Source: Oopsacas minuta (taxonomy: Eukaryota > Animalia > Porifera). Taken from it: a stretch of 64,000 nt of DNA. The stretch lies in assembly GCA_024704765.1 (NCBI GenBank), contig JAKMXF010000298.1:310001-374000 (forward strand). Reading direction: 5' to 3'. The position numbers and the translations under genes are program-made. Positions 35,489 to 55,127 of the stretch are shown here, piece after piece. Below the pieces are notes generated by a model. It searched no databases. It was given only the letters and a program-made list of their open reading frames with translations, and was not told where the DNA came from. Numbering within the stretch: the stretch's first letter is position 1; every line of letters starts with the position of its first letter.

Positions 35489-35743
35489 TCAAAACCTATG
35501 ATGACTAGAAGCAGGTATAACAGGAGGAGGTAAAAATGAAAATGAATTCTTCTCCATCAACTCATCTATTTTCTCCTGTATTTTAGCCAGCAGTCTATGG
35601 TCATTATCAATGAATAGATGCTCATCATCTAAGTCTTGTATTATGAAGCTACGACCAAACTCGTTTGTTTCTTGTAAGAACAGAATCAGCTGTTTCATAG
35701 CAGGATCACATGTGATTAGTATCCCCTTGGTAAAGTTCACCAT
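35489..35743 (-). CDS. GTF2H5: TFIIH subunit p8/TTDA
   Basis: MVNFTKGILITCDPAMKQ...FIIQDLDDEHLFI. Confidence 0.94.
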   Translation of the reverse strand: MVNFTKGILITCDPAMKQLILFLQETNEFGRSFIIQDLDDEHLFIDNDHRLLAKIQEKIDELMEKNSFSFLPPPVIPASSHHRF

Positions 35744-36132
35744 TTAGCTAAATGCTAGAATTATACGTTTGTAATATTTATACCTGGGCTTGTATATTGA
35801 TAGCAACAGGATAATTAGCCAAGAAATGCTAAGGATTCCCAGTTAGTACCTAGGATAACATCCATAGTTCATTTAATTGATCTACCATATTCTCCAAAAT
35901 CATCAGCGAAATGTAACACACAAGACAATACACTTATTAATAATACTACATCAGTCACAATAAAAACAAGATCTAAATAACAAATCAAATACATAACATA
36001 ACATAACATAATACTAACTTTAGCATACACAGATATAATATTAAGATTACTGGGATCTTATAACAACCGATTATAGAATTTGTATATATATTAAGAACCC
36101 AGATTCTTCCGCTGACAGAGCAATCTTCATAA

Positions 36133-37112
36133 CTATTTATTGCCGCTGTTTCCTGCTATAACTGCAATGATAATTATTGCTAGAAGAAAAAAGATAGATT
36201 AAAATTGGTTGAATAAAGTTTCGTGTATTGTATAAGACTTACCAATGATAATAATCAGAATGACAGCTATTATAATGATCAGAATTATCCACATCTGAGA
36301 ATAGGGAAAAGTAAATATGTGTGTATATTGAATGGTCCTTAACATATATAGAAATATTCTATTTGATTGGGACAAGTTGGCAAGAGCTAATCCCAATCAA
36401 ACAAAGCTAATAACGAATTAGTTGAACACATATACATTAGATGCTGGTTATAAGATCACCTCTGGGAGTATCAATAGATGTTCTTATAATCAGCATAAAA
36501 TATACAGGAATACATGAAACTGTTTTCCAGAGGAAGGTTCGTATATCAATCAAATAATTATAGAATACAAAATACCTTAATATTCTGCCACCACATCTTC
36601 CTCTTGAGTCTGGTAGCTCCATATACAAACTGTCTTGAACCATACTCAAGTTGATCTAAACATAATACAGGAATTTATTAGTGAGAGATCATTTGTAGTA
36701 CGTAGTGGTTTATTCAGCCATATTTTGAACTTAAAATTTAAACAATTGCACATGCTTGTCGTTCTATGCGTCAAACTATGCTACCTAGAGTTCCACTTAT
36801 TCTTAAGCTCCCTAAAACACTTCCCATAATCGATGACTAATCGAAAAGTAACATATATTCTTATCAATACAATATTAAATACGTAACCTGCTCGCTGATC
36901 AATATCTGATAGCTTCTGATCTCGATCTAATAACTTCTCAATATTAGTCTTGAGATGTGATTTTACCTAAAAGAATATGACGTCATAAAGGTAATAAGAT
37001 AATTAATTTGAATATTTATTGAATAGAACATAACCTCAGTAGTTTTGGCTTGTGTGTCACGAATACGGTCTGTTTCCCTTGTATCCCTAGAATAGTAAAA
37101 ATTACGTCCCAT
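36133..37112 (-). CDS. VAMP: Synaptobrevin/VAMP R-SNARE (brevin type, no longin domain seen), 5 exons
   Basis: Exons give DRIRDTQAKTTE / VKSHLKTNIEKLLDRDQKLSDIDQRA / DQLEYGSRQFVYGATRLKRKMWWQNIK / TM MWIILIIIIAVILIIII / AIIIIAVIAGNSGNK*. The zero-layer Arg is present. The start at 37112 is tentative. Confidence 0.88.
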
Positions 37113-37257
37113 TTTTCGCACATATGTTAAGTAGTATACACCAAAAGCGGAATGTCGTGTTTATGTATGCCAAGATATTAGAAATTTGATACGTCACGCA
37201 CAACAATATGATCACAGAACACATTGTAAATCTGTAATTGTTTGTTATATCATAAAG

Positions 37258-37344
37258 CAGCGCTTCCCAATCATTTTGACCCGTGGATCTTGTTGTCTTT
37301 CCTGGACAACCAAAGGCCCGCGGACCCCTGTTTGGAAACCGCTG
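37258..37344. mobile_element. 87-bp hAT MITE with perfect 8-bp TSD TCATAAAG
   Basis: TCATAAAG-CAGCGCTTCCCAA ... TTGGAAACCGCTG-TCATAAAG (TSDs at 37250-37257 and 37345-37352). Confidence 0.9.
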
Positions 37345-38265
37345 TCATAAAGTGAGATAAGTGTTCTCGAAACTGAACCCATGTTTTCCATCCATACCAC
37401 AATACTGAAACGTTAGGAGCTCTGGGGGATTGTTGGGAATACTGTAATTATATAAACTCACATTATTCCAATGTCTTGTATAAGCAGGTGTATGTAGGAT
37501 CAAGCTAATCATTATAAATACAATTATTTTGATTTAGTAATTCATTTCATTTATCGCATCTCTAGACTAGACAATATCAGGGCCGTAGCCAGTTCATGTA
37601 AACCGGTTCTGCTCAGTCAACCCAACACTGAGCAGTAATAGTATTAACAATGGTTTATCAGCCATAGCCCGGGGTACTGAATGACAATACTTCACAAGAT
37701 AACTCAATGGTTAGTAAGAGGTACGAACATATTATTAATATTTTTATCCGTGGAATAAGTAGCACTTTATTCGCCCCGAAATCAAAATCGTCCCAGCCAC
37801 AATTAGGATAAATACAAAGGAGTGAAGCTAAACAGGCTGACTAGCTCAAGGCCTGAACACTCTACTTTAGAATAGTTGGCCTTTGACGTGACCACCGCAT
37901 GTGATAATGGATATTTTATTGAGGCAATACGCTTCGAAGAATAATTAAATGAGTAAAGTACTACTTTGTAATAAATAAAATTGTGTCTATGTAATATTTG
38001 CATAGTCAAAGACTTGCCAATAGATTAGTCCACTGCTTATGATGTAGTATGAAGAATAATCAGCTTACATTATACAGCTGTGTTTATCAGCGAAAATAAT
38101 CCAAATTATAAAGACTGGAAGTATAACTGCAAGGTGCAGTATATAGCGAAATAAGTAACAACATGAATTGATCATGTAAACCCACTGCTTCCACAAAATC
38201 TAACAATGATTATTTATTCAATTTCCATAATAGTCCTCTTATGCAAATTACTGAATTTGATAATA

Positions 38266-38319
38266 ATGCAATGATTTTAATATATATTATGCAATGATTT
38301 TAATATATATTATCCAATG
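38266..38319. repeat. 23-bp tandem duplication ATGCAATGATTTTAATATATATT, two full copies plus a partial one
   Basis: Units start at 38266 and 38289. Confidence 0.85.
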
Positions 38320-38584
38320 CACCTGTGTATCAAAAATGCAATTGATCTTCGTCACAGCATAAGAATTTGCCAAAGATTTGTATAGGCAGTGCATAATGGC
38401 AGTTATATGGATATAAGGTTACATGTGTTCTACAATCCTTTATCTCATAAATCCTCTCAAATTATACCTTACCTAAAACTATAGAAGTACTGTTACATGC
38501 AAAATAAATTTGATATTAGGCAATGAAAACAAATTACTTCTTTCTCATGCGGAATTTCTTCCGAAGCTGGAACGAGGGAAGGTA

Positions 38585-38785
38585 TTTATTTGTATTTTTT
38601 TAGAGGCCAATTAAAATGTAAATGTGATTACCCTTCGATTATCTCACCACATTCTTTCTGGGCAAAAAATAATGTATTTTTCAACTACAGGAAGTAAAAT
38701 GTAGATTGCACAATCTTGTGACCAAATAAATATCCATGAATTTGGAACAAATACAAATACAATCTCTTCGGACGGGGATGAGAAA
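38585..38785 (+). repeat. Dispersed repeat of about 200 bp, copy 1 (copy 2 at 50158-50365)
   Basis: Shares GATTACCCTTCGATTATCTCA, CTTTCTGGGCA, TATCCATRAATTTGGAA and GGGGATGAGAAA collinearly with copy 2. Confidence 0.8.
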
Positions 38786-39229
38786 TTAGACATTCCAGTT
38801 TTCAGCTTATAAATGTGATATAATCAAATGTTTTACACATAAATGGCTGATAATGAATAAGGGCCTATATGATCCCTTATAATACACATGGATATATTTT
38901 CATGTTGATGCATGGTCGAACAAATATGGCGATGCTTTGAAAGTATGATACATAAAGCTTCTTTATAATATAAAAGGATCAATAATTAAGCTGGACATAT
39001 ATCCATTCAAATTACAGGAGTATGGGTTTGAAATTAAATTGTGAAGATTGGAGATCTATATAGGACTGAATTACTGTCACGTTGGGTGTATAAATTTAGA
39101 AAATGCTTATATGATTATAGGTAAGGGATGGCCGCTTGTCTCGCTAAAAAATACATTAGATAATAATAAACTATGAGTCAATAATAATTACAAAATTTTA
39201 TAATAATACACAGGATATATTATCTATGA

Positions 39230-40418
39230 TCAAAGTTTCGAATTTGCTTTTGAAACTTTAGAACCATTCTGTCTTTGTAGAAATTCGGATATATAATTTC
39301 CTGCTTCAATTAGTTTCTTCAAATTTACACCAGTTTCATAGCCACTACCATGTAACATATATACTAAATCTTCTGTAGAGACATTACCAGAAGCACCCTT
39401 AGCGTATGGACATCCTCCCAACCCAGCAACACTAGAATCTAACGTTCTAATCCCGTACATGATAGCTACCATTATGTTAGCAAGAGCTTGCCCATATGTG
39501 TCATGACAATGCATTGCAAGTTTGTCAGCAGGAATAAACTGAGTTATCTCCCTCAATAGAGTATCTACAGATCCTGGGGTACCGATTCCAATTGTATCGC
39601 CAAGGGACACTTCATAGCATCCCATACTTAACAGCTGTTCTGACACCTTGATAACTGCTTTAGGGAGAATATGACCTTCATAAGGACAGCCTAGTACACA
39701 TGATACATAGCCACGTATTTGGATGTTGTTTGTGGAAGCATGTTTGCAAACATCGCGGAATTTGTCTACAAGAGTAATTGTGTAAAACTTGAGATAAGTT
39801 TAATCAGTGAAAGTATGAGTATATCACGGATTGGAGTCAATTATTGAAGTAATTTGTAGACAGTGTGTAATTATTGATTGTAAATTTGAGTTTGGAAGCT
39901 TCCAAATCTATTAGTGTATCTGAAAATTGTATTTGCTGATTTATGTGGCCAAAATTTAAATATAACTATATAAGGAGTGAAAATATTTCTGGTTTCACAA
40001 TCTAAATACCTAAGCTCTTATCTATCGTAGCATTTATATTTTTCTCAGAGAAAGTTTCAGAAGCTGCAGCGAAAATCGCCACCTCATTTGCGCCAGAGGC
40101 TAATGCTCCTTCAAGGCCTTTAAGATTGGGGGTCAATACGGAGTAACTTATCCCTGGTTTATTTGTAATACCCTGCATTACTTCTTTCTGGTCAGACATT
40201 TGAGGTATCCATTTGGGAGATACGAAACTTGTAACTTCAATCTTGGATAAACCACAATCTGACAACATTTCAATTAATTTTAGTTTAACAGACGTAGGTA
40301 CAATAGTCTTCTCATTCTGCAAACCATCTCTTGGACCCACTTCCACAATCTGTACGAAGTTCGCCAAATTTCTAACAGCTGATAACGAGCTTAGTGCCTT
40401 GAATGTGGAGTGCCTCAT
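39230..40418 (-). CDS. HMGCL: Hydroxymethylglutaryl-CoA lyase, 2 exons 40418-40010 and 39765-39230
   Basis: [40 protein letters not shown] and [19 protein letters not shown]; ends SKL. Confidence 0.96.
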
Positions 40419-42319
40419 GTCTAATAATTTTCAAATACGACATTTATAATGCAATATATTTACCAATTTATCGCCAAACCAAAACTCAATATATTCATCA
40501 ACTCCATTCTAAACTATACAGATGTGTTATGTATAATATTGGTAAAAAAAAGCAACAAAACTTGGAGACTGAGGGGAACCTATGGTATGCAAATTGTTCA
40601 TAAAATGTGATTTCTCTGTTTCTAACAATTATTTATGCGCAAATCTAAGGTCATGAATTCTATAAACAAACTAAGCAACTGTTCGAGTTACTATTTTCTT
40701 AATTAAAAGAATAAAATTGATTAATAACTTGATTAGAACAAAACTTCCGAGTTCTAGTAATAATAATAATACGAGATTACATGCAAGGACCAGGCAAGCT
40801 TCACTGAGCGCTTGCAAGTAATTTAACCATGATTACGCTAGCCAACATATTTTGTATAGTAAACATATGGTGAGCCATACTGTATAATTTAGCTGGGTAA
40901 TACAACTGATGCGTAAGGGCTGTTGGCATTATTAAGGCAATAGAAAAGTGCAAATATTTCAAAAGCTAACTTCGTAAAATCCATTTTGGCAGTGGAAATG
41001 AAGCCTTGAATCGAGGGACAAGAGTATAACTATAATTGGTTAGAGCGATGGTCGTTTCGTAATCGTTTATGGATACAGAATAAATCATCATGAATCGAAC
41101 GTAATATATTGTCGTTATAAGGAAGGATAATAAACGATAGCAAATTCAATTGACTCCCTACTTATTAAATCTGTATAATGTTATCACCGATAATCTATAA
41201 TTGTCGACCGTTTCAAATTGATTTGGACTGATAAAGCTGTATAAAATGTACAACCACGAAATGAAGCAATAAATATTCCATCTAAATATCTCTACAAGGA
41301 GAAACCGTTGTTAAGATGAGTGTACGAATTATGATCTACATTCCGTTGTAAATTTTCAGAGATAAATTTGGCATTCTGATTGTAAGAAAAATTTCTCTCA
41401 GGAAGCAGTAATTAACTCAAAATATATCATAATCGCGAAAATTATACAAATAAGTGTAATATAAAATTGTCTATCAGAATGATTTGGGCTAAGTAATATT
41501 AGTCTAATTATAACCCAAGAAAGTTCATTTACAATAGTTAATGATTTATGAAACATTACATAAACTTTCCTTGAGTAATTCTATGAATAACTTTGATGAA
41601 TTTTCTGATAACATGATTTAATCCCAGAAGTTAAAACTCGTGCCATCGCAACATATATAGCATAATGATAATGTACAAAATAATTATCACAAGACAGATT
41701 TAGCAGCCCTGTAGTTTTCAAAAGGATTTGTTTGGTATAGACAAATATGGAATTTCAATCAGAATATGGCAGATATTTCTCTAAAATGTTTACCTATGAA
41801 AATAATTCTATATGTGATATCGGCCTCTATGAATTCAGGAAATTATTGAACTAGCATCAAATTTTGTAAGTAGAACGATGTAAGATCAGATATCTAAATA
41901 ATGAGTGTAAGCAATTGCTAGAACAGTTTATAGAATGCATTTGGACAGGTATTACTTTGTGTACAGTGCATTTGCGGCGTGTGTGTACAACTAGTAGATT
42001 GATTAAATAGAACATTACGTAATTAATGAATCCAATAAGCTCTCACAAGTTGCATAGCCAGTTAAAAGACACTGGCACAATTGGGACTAGAAATCCGAAA
42101 ACCTGAATGTTTCCCTCAGATTTCATTGATTATTTTTACATATATGGCAGTCAGGCCATGTGTTATCTCTAATAAAGTGATCAGGCTTATGACCTGGCCA
42201 TCCTAATATCCTAAACAAAAGATGTAAATGGCTATCAGGACATGACCAGATCAACTTCACCATTTCTACTGCTCCTTCATGCTCTGGTTAATTATGAATC
42301 TCTACGTCCGATAGATAAA

Positions 42320-42375
42320 CAGTAGAACCCCGTTAATACGAACAAGGGTAATACGAATTTCCGGATAAGACGAAC
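42320..42375. mobile_element. pogo/Tigger-type TIR remnant (family B)
   Basis: CAGTAGAACCCCGTTAATACGAAC followed by degenerate subterminal repeats TAATACGAA and TAAGACGAAC. Confidence 0.55.
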
Positions 42376-42675
42376 AAATATTTTCACATAATCAGGTACC
42401 TATGGTGGGTATCCAATGGGTATAAACAACAAGTAAATTTAATAGAGAAAATATCGTATATGAAACTGAAAGAGATGTGATTGATTTCAAATAACTTTAG
42501 GATGATATATAATCAGTAATTGAAAGATGCTTGTTTGTTTTTGAGGATAAAATGAATCGTCTCTTGCAAAAAATTGTCTTGCAATAAAATTAAAGGAACT
42601 AATTAAAAGCAGGTGTATTTGAGCACAAGTGGTGTATCTGGTTAGTGGCCGTGATAATGTAGGCGTTAAAAAGCG

Positions 42676-49294
<6,619 letters not shown>

Positions 49295-50157
49295 TCAGGT
49301 GTAGAGACTAATCAAGTTGAGTTATGTAATGTCGTGAAATTGAAAGTTTGACTTTAGATTGAGAGAATAAATGGTATCCTCTTATATAGTTGATATGCTG
49401 ATATTGAACAGCTGATCAATAAATGTGAATAAATGAATTTTTGGTTTAGGATACTCATTTATGCATAGATAGCAGGTAAAACAATAGAAATACAGATAAA
49501 CGATACTATGGATTGTGATTGTGTAATACCGTGATGAATTCAGCGCACGCGGGGAAAATCCTTATTTCATAACTTAGTCTGTTGAAAGGATGATTGAAAA
49601 TTCCAATCTTACAGAAAGTAGTAACGATTGTGTAGGGAATTCAAATAACATGGGAAAGTAATAATCCACATGTTGAACTATGGATTAGAAAATGCTTCAC
49701 TAAATTCTGAAAATTCTATCACAAAACAAACAAAAAATTTGTAAGTTATAATTCGTGAACAACTAAATACTACAAGTTTATGAAAAGAAACACAAATGAA
49801 TTAATTCCAAAAGCAAAAATACAAATTTTCTACAGAAAACAATTATAACAATGAGTAGCCAAAACTTACAGAGATTTTACGTGGCTGTGTGGAATAACAA
49901 CAAAAATTCAACCAAAATGTCTAGGTAGTTATCAGTCAGGTAATGAGAACAGTTAGAAATGAAAAATTAACTGTATATTAGGTTTTATTGAAAACAGACA
50001 TGTGAGAGACCACCCGCATTGATTTAATCACAAATATAATATACACTATAAATAAAATTTCTACTTTGATCGTGGAGGTATGAGAAATGATCCACATCCG
50101 GATAAATAGATAATGCTGTTGATAATGTGATGTAAAATAAATTACTTGTTTCTGATA

Positions 50158-50365
50158 TTTTATTTGTATTTTTTATAGGCCAGTTAATATCACTATGTAA
50201 AATAAGATTACCCTTCGATTATCTCATCACATACTTTCTGGGCAGAAAGATATTAGAATTTTCAACTATACAAGTATTAAAATGTGGATTGCACGCTCTG
50301 TGACTAAAATACTATCCATAAATTTGGAAACAATACAATAAAATCTGTCCGTAGGGGATGAGAAA
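50158..50365 (+). repeat. Dispersed repeat of about 200 bp, copy 2, between the DYRK1 and SMC3 starts
   Basis: Collinear similarity to 38585-38785. Confidence 0.8.
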
Positions 50366-51464
50366 CAAGTATATACTTTGCATGACCTAATTAGAGCAAT
50401 GTGTATCGCTCTGCATGATAGATTACATCTACATTTTTGAGTTGTCTACGCTATATAAAGTAGGAAAATGATGCTAATAATAGCGAAACTTCTGCTCCTA
50501 ATGCACGGATCAATTAACAACATGTTCTGATGGGAATCACCATAACCCCATAAACAAAATTACTTTACGATTCGTAACCATGAATTATTATGAACCAATA
50601 AACTATTATAAATAATTTTTTATGGCATCTACATTTTAGATTACTTCATAACACCTAAAAATATGTTCTATATATGGGGTATAGTAGCTTGTTTAAAATT
50701 GAGCTTCCTTTTTTTGTACAGTTCAGTTTCTTGTAAGGATGTAACACTGAATATTTAACTTTATATCATTGTGATAGTTAATTTGCAAATAAGCATGACA
50801 TAGAATGCTTTCTCTATCTTCCAGAGAACTGAATCAATTCATGAAAGCTCGTGTTATTATTTATCTTTCTTAAATAATTCAGCCAACACTCACGAATTTT
50901 CGCATTTCATTTTTGCTTTCTCACAAATATTCCTTTGGGGTTTGATCTGAAAATTTTTTGTTTTGAATTTCTCGAGAAGTAATCAGCGATTGTTATAAGG
51001 TGTCCCTAACCGCCAGCACAACAACTGAGTTATAACAGAAAACGTAAGTCTATCCGTGAGATTTTTAGGAACAGTTGAATTTGGCAAGTTTTTGAAATGA
51101 AAAGGATGGCTAATGAGAATTCTACCCACCATAATAGCGTATTAGTATGTATTTCGTTATGAATCACAGTAGTAATGCCTTCAAACTCCGGGCAAAGTAG
51201 AAAGTCAAAAATCAAAGTGAGACTGTGCTCAATGCGTGAGTCTAACTTTGGATCCGTGAGACTTGATAACTATGGTAATGCACCAACGTGGTAGATGTAA
51301 ATCTCACGAGTAGAATTATCTACAATTTACATTTGATAAAGATGCAATATATTGTAATATATCCAGTTACTCACATCCTAAAGTGTAACTGTTATTTTTA
51401 GCTCGGTACACTTAGTATTTATATTATTAGTTGTGCTTTTAGGAGATATTTGCGTCTTTTCACG

Positions 51465-54400
51465 ATGCATATCAAACAGGTTATTATTGAGGGTTTTCGG
51501 TCTTACAAAGACCAGACAATAATTGAGCCATTCAGTCACATGCATAATGTTATCGTAGGTAGAAATGGATCTGGGAAGAGCAACTTTTTCTTTGCCATAC
51601 AATTCGTGCTCAGTGATGAGTTCACAAACATGAGTGGAGAAGAGAGACAACAGCTGTTACACGAGGGATCTGGTGCTCGTGTTGTATCCGCTTTCGTAGA
51701 AATTGTGTTTGATAATAGTGACAATCGTCTGCCGATTGATAAGGACGAAGTAGGTCTACGCCGAGTCATAGGGTCTAAAAAGGACAGCTACTATCTTGAT
51801 AAAAAACACGTGCTCAAATCGGAAGTAATGAACCTGTTAGAAACCGCAGGATTCTCTCGCTCCAACCCATACTACATTGTCAAACAGGGCAGAATAAACC
51901 AGATAGCAATGGCACCGGACACACAACGATTACAATTGTTACGAGAGGTAGCTGGCACTCGTGTGTATGATGATAAGAAAGTTGAAAGTGAGGGAATACT
52001 CAAAGAAACTGAAAGCTCAAGAGAGAAGATTTCAGAGCATCTTGAGAATATCGAAGGGCGACTCACCACCCTCGAAGAAGAAACGCAGGAACTGAGAGAG
52101 TATCAGAAATGGGATAAGAGTAGACGAGCTGCTGAGTATGCACTTTATGAGAAAGAGCTGAGAGATGCGAACAATAAATTATTTGAGAATGAGAAGGATA
52201 AAGATGAATTCCAATCCTTCACGAAACATCGTCACCACGAATCAAAGGAGGCTATGGACAAGGTTGACTCTTTGGAGAGGAAAGTTCGTGACGTAAAACA
52301 GCGCATACGTAACGCTACACTAGAAAATCAACAGATACAAGAAGAGCGAGCAGAGCAAGTAAAACTACGTGCACAACTTCATCTGGATAAAGTGGATATG
52401 GAGCAGAGTGTGTGTGAGGATGAGAGTACCAGAAATTATTTAAGGAAAGAGCTTGATGAGTTGACTGGTGAAATCGAAAGAAAAGATGGCGAACTACAAG
52501 AAATACTGCCTCAGTATAATGATATACGTGAACGTGAACAAGATTTGAATAATGACATTTCGCGAAATGAAATGCGACAACAGGAGTTGTATGCGAAACA
52601 GGGTCGTGGTAAACAGTTCAGAACGAAACAAGAAAGAGATAAATGGTTAAAGAAAGAAGCCAGTGCAATAAAAAAGACACTCAATTCCCAAACAGAGCAG
52701 AGAGATCGTCTCCAGGGAGAAGTAGCGCAATTGAGAGCAACCATTACTGATACTAATAGTGACGTTACTGGAAGACAAGGGGACTTGGAAGTGAAGCGAG
52801 AGAGAATCGATCAGCTGTCTCGTGAGCATACACATCTTAAACGGGAGCGAGACGAGTTGAACAATAAACGTAAAGAGTACTGGAGAGAAGAATCAGGGCT
52901 AGATCAGCAAATACATACTATACGTGAAGAACTTTCTAAGGCAGAACGCGGGTACAGATCTACCATGAGCAAAACCACGAATCTAGGCCTGGACGCTCTA
53001 CACAAGATTGTAGAGGAGCAGGGAATAAGAGGTGTATATGGTCCTCTTATTGAGAATTTCGAATGTGTTTCTACTGATTTCTACACAGCTGTAGAAGTAA
53101 CAGCTGGTAATAGACTGTTCCACGTAATAGTAGAGACAGATGAGATAGCATCTAATATATTACGTATGATGAATAGGAGGAAACTTCCCGGAGAATTAAC
53201 GTTCTTACCTTTGAATCGTCTACTTGATGAACGTATACCATATACAGATTCAAATTCCGATGATAACTACCCGCTAATGGATAAATTGAAGTTTTCGCAA
53301 AAGGTATATCGAGCTGTTAAAACGGTTTTCGGGAAAGTATTCCTCTGTAGAGACCTGGATGTAGCTGCTAATATAGCCCGGATACATGATATGGACTGTG
53401 TTACTCTAGAAGGTGACCAGGTTAGTAGAAAGGGGGCCTTGACTGGTGGGTACATGGATCGGAATCGTAGCCGTTTGCAGCTTAAGAGGACGGTATGGGA
53501 TTTGAAAACTAGTCTACAGCAAGAGGAGAGAGATGTTTATGATGTCAAAAAGAAGATAGAACGAATTGACCAAGAGGTAAGCAGTGTCCTATCACAAGTT
53601 CAGAATACAGAGACTGAATTGGTTCAATTCAAAGAGGCGTATGAAAGGCAGAAAATGGAAATACGGAATTTAATACGAGAGCAACAGGCCAATTCTAAAA
53701 CGCTATCTACAAAGGAATCCACATTGATATCTCTAAACAGTGAAATAGCACAATCAGAACAGCGACTACGTAGCACTGAAGGGGAGGTCGGTACTGAAAT
53801 GCTGTCACAGCTTGCTGAATGGGAACAAAACGAAGTAGAGACTCTCTCAGAAGAGATTACCCGCCTAAAAAATGAGAGTAGAAAAACGCTGAAAGAGCGT
53901 ATCTTTTTGGAACAGCGCAAACTCGCGTTTGAGAATCTTTTAGTTGATAATCTGCTACGACGCAAGCAAGAGAAAGAGCAAGAATTTGAGGATTTACGTA
54001 TGGTTAACAAATCTGTTGAGTTGGAATCTCTACAAGCAGATTACACTATAATCGAGACTAGACTAGCTGAAACGGACGCTCGTATGGGAGAGGTAGGAGG
54101 ACAACAACAAGAATTGTTAGAACAACAGAAACAATTTGAAAATGAGTTAGAAGAGTGGAAAGCTAAAGAGAAAGAAATGAATGACATCATAACAGAGGAT
54201 AGCAAACAGATGGATAAACTTGCTAATAAGAAGAGTTTGCTTTTGAAAAAGAAAGAAGAAGCGCAGAGAAAAATGCGGGAAATAGGAACTCTACCAGAGG
54301 GCCACCAACAGTATCAAGGTCTTAGGACTAAAGAACTATGGAATCGTGTACAGAAATGCAATAGCGAATTGAAGAAATATTCTCATGTGAATAAGAAAGC

Positions 54401-55127
54401 TTTGGAACAGTTCGTTCAATTCTCAGAGTTGAAAGAAAAGTTACTGAAGAGACGAGGAGAAGTCGACAAGAGCTCAACTGCTATTGAAGACATGATTAAA
54501 GTGTTAGAGCTCAGGAAGTACGAAGCTATCCTGAACACTTTCAAACAGGTCTCTCGGTTTTTCACAGAAGTTTTCCAAGAATTGGTACCCAGTGGAACTG
54601 CGAAACTTCGCATGAGACATGAAGTAGAGACTACAGGAAGTGCACAGAGTGGAGATACACCTATGGATACTACTGGGTTCAGCTCACAGGCCTCAGAACC
54701 TGCTGGGGGTGGTCCTACCCCTACCATGGTTGAGAAGCTTGTGGGAGTTAGTATAGAAGTCTCATTCAGCGGAAAAGCTAACGAAACTCGCGAAATTCAA
54801 CAGCTCTCAGGTGGACAGAAAAGTTTAGTAGCATTGACTTTAATTTTCGCGATCCAAAAATGTGACCCAGCTCCTTTCTACCTCTTTGACGAAATTGACC
54901 AAGCTCTTGACCCTCATCATCGTAAGGCTGTTGCTAACATGATCCGGCGGCTCTCCATGCACGCACAATTTATAACAACCACATTCCGACCTGAGCTACT
55001 AGATGCAGCTGATAAATTCTATGGTGTAACATTCCGCAATAAAGTGTCGCATATAAAAGCTGTTAGCAAGGAGATGGCGACAGATTTCGTGGAAGAAGAC
55101 GTGCAGGTACCCCAAGAGAATACTTGA
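51465..55127 (+). CDS. SMC3: Cohesin subunit SMC3, intronless (true ATG 51465, MHIKQVIIEGFRSY)
   Basis: Walker A GRNGSGKSN, acetylation site GSKKD, hinge GVYGPLIE, signature LSGGQKS and Walker B PFYLFDEIDQALD. Confidence 0.98.
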   Translation: MHIKQVIIEGFRSYKDQTIIEPFSHMHNVIVGRNGSGKSNFFFAIQFVLSDEFTNMSGEERQQLLHEGSGARVVSAFVEIVFDNSDNRLPIDKDEVGLRRVIGSKKDSYYLDKKHVLKSEVMNLLETAGFSRSNPYYIVKQGRINQIAMAPDTQRLQLLREVAGTRVYDDKKVESEGILKETESSREKISEHLENIEGRLTTLEEETQELREYQKWDKSRRAAEYALYEKELRDANNKLFENEKDKDEFQSFTKHRHHESKEAMDKVDSLERKVRDVKQRIRNATLENQQIQEERAEQVKLRAQLHLDKVDMEQSVCEDESTRNYLRKELDELTGEIERKDGELQEILPQYNDIREREQDLNNDISRNEMRQQELYAKQGRGKQFRTKQERDKWLKKEASAIKKTLNSQTEQRDRLQGEVAQLRATITDTNSDVTGRQGDLEVKRERIDQLSREHTHLKRERDELNNKRKEYWREESGLDQQIHTIREELSKAERGYRSTMSKTTNLGLDALHKIVEEQGIRGVYGPLIENFECVSTDFYTAVEVTAGNRLFHVIVETDEIASNILRMMNRRKLPGELTFLPLNRLLDERIPYTDSNSDDNYPLMDKLKFSQKVYRAVKTVFGKVFLCRDLDVAANIARIHDMDCVTLEGDQVSRKGALTGGYMDRNRSRLQLKRTVWDLKTSLQQEERDVYDVKKKIERIDQEVSSVLSQVQNTETELVQFKEAYERQKMEIRNLIREQQANSKTLSTKESTLISLNSEIAQSEQRLRSTEGEVGTEMLSQLAEWEQNEVETLSEEITRLKNESRKTLKERIFLEQRKLAFENLLVDNLLRRKQEKEQEFEDLRMVNKSVELESLQADYTIIETRLAETDARMGEVGGQQQELLEQQKQFENELEEWKAKEKEMNDIITEDSKQMDKLANKKSLLLKKKEEAQRKMREIGTLPEGHQQYQGLRTKELWNRVQKCNSELKKYSHVNKKALEQFVQFSELKEKLLKRRGEVDKSSTAIEDMIKVLELRKYEAILNTFKQVSRFFTEVFQELVPSGTAKLRMRHEVETTGSAQSGDTPMDTTGFSSQASEPAGGGPTPTMVEKLVGVSIEVSFSGKANETREIQQLSGGQKSLVALTLIFAIQKCDPAPFYLFDEIDQALDPHHRKAVANMIRRLSMHAQFITTTFRPELLDAADKFYGVTFRNKVSHIKAVSKEMATDFVEEDVQVPQENT

